Source: Amoebophrya sp. A120
Taxonomy: Eukaryota; Protista; Dinoflagellata
Assembly (NCBI GenBank): GCA_905178155.1
Contig: CAJINV010000017.1
Location: 798,722-862,721 of the forward strand
Reading direction: 5' to 3'
DNA length: 64,000 nucleotides
A program made the translations under genes and the position numbers. Positions 62,992 through 64,000 of this stretch are shown here, piece by piece; the first letter of the stretch is position 1; each line of letters starts with the position of its first letter. A model generated the notes under the pieces. That model made no database searches. It saw only the letters and a list, made by a program, of their open reading frames with translations, and was not told the origin of the DNA.

Positions 62992-64000
62992 CTCGTCGCA
63001 GCTCGCTACTTTTCGCCATACTACTCGAGTAGGAGCCTCGAAGTTTGACATATGAGATTGAAACTGACAGCACAGGACAGCGACAATGTAAGCGGTTGGC
63101 TTATTTGTTCCAACGCAAAGAACGAGGAGCCGGCTCAGTTGGGGGCTCAAAGTGCAGCCGTGTTGTGATTTTGCTTCCGATGTTCGTCGCACATGGAATT
63201 GTGGGGCACAACAGCTTCTAAAGATCAGAAGCGTATTTCATATTTTGCCGGTCTCACTCTCAGCATTATTCTCGCCCCCCATTTTTGAGGCAGCGTTTTT
63301 CGGTCGCAGAGCTGTGCTGCGCAAGAACAAAAAGAAGTTCGCACGAAGGGTTTTCGGAAAGCTGCTGAAAAGCAAGGACTCTTTACCTCATCGTTTCGGT
63401 TCAAGCGCCACGTTGTTTGACAGGAAAATATCGGTCGTCAGTTGAATTATACAGTAGCTCCTGCAGCATGCGAACCAGCTGCATGAACCTCTGGCTCTGT
63501 ACGTAGCATGGTCCTCGGTTCATCCGTCAGGCGTAGTTTATAGCCGCGAAACAGTGGTCGGTATGTCACTCTGTCTTCGTGTCTCGGTTTTTCACAACTC
63601 GTGCAATGCAATCAATGAACGAATGAAGAGTACTACTTAAGTACAACTAAGTGTCTTCGGTCTCGTGCAGCAGCAAATAAGAAGAAGAAACGTCGGCGTG
63701 GTCACATCGTTCAAGAACTTGAATCTCCGTTTCGTTCGCTTCGTAGTACGTCTACGTCCATGCAATTGCAGTACATAGTTAGAATAACTTTGCTAAACTC
63801 ACGTTTTGGTAGCTCTTAAATTTTTCGCGCCTAAAACTAAATTGATACCCACAGTGATTTTGTGATTTTTGTACAAGTTTTTGACCACACGACCCCCATT
63901 TCATTTCTGACCCAACTTTGTAGTTTTTCAACAAACGACGTCAGTCACATACGGAGCAGGAGTGACCCGCCGAAGAACAACTACGCAGTCTACATTTTCG

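Noticed and set aside
1-64000. CRISPR arrays, rRNA, tRNA, dinoflagellate spliced-leader relics, transposase ORF
   Set aside because: None recognised by eye; the recurring TIRs are inverted and dispersed, not spacer-separated direct repeats. A covariance-model search could still find small RNAs.

Overview
Eukaryotic, intron-rich protist DNA. The features point to a syndinian dinoflagellate such as Amoebophrya; this is inferred from unidirectional genes, GC/GA and non-canonical splice sites and TIR-bounded introns, not from a database match. About 13 protein genes can be reconstructed, all on the + strand. They include a C4HC3 RING/coiled-coil protein with SUMO-interacting motifs, a ~2,076-aa membrane protein with Cys-patterned ~300-aa repeats (three ORFs joined), a Cid1/TUT-family terminal nucleotidyltransferase with RRM-like and prion-like tail, a WW-domain protein, gamma-SNAP, a giant disordered protein ending in a FABP-like domain, a PP28/PDAP1-like protein and an RPA3-like protein. 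The dominant signal is a set of 14 clear (plus several decayed) non-autonomous introner elements of 175-470 bp inside coding exons. Each has TAY...ATA terminal inverted repeats and a 5-bp target-site duplication; most have an A-run at TIR position 11 and internal arrays of a GCAWNACA motif. Removing each element plus 2 or 5 nt restores the reading frame, and most lack GT-AG ends. Exon-intron boundaries were derived by hand from frame arithmetic and need RNA-seq confirmation.
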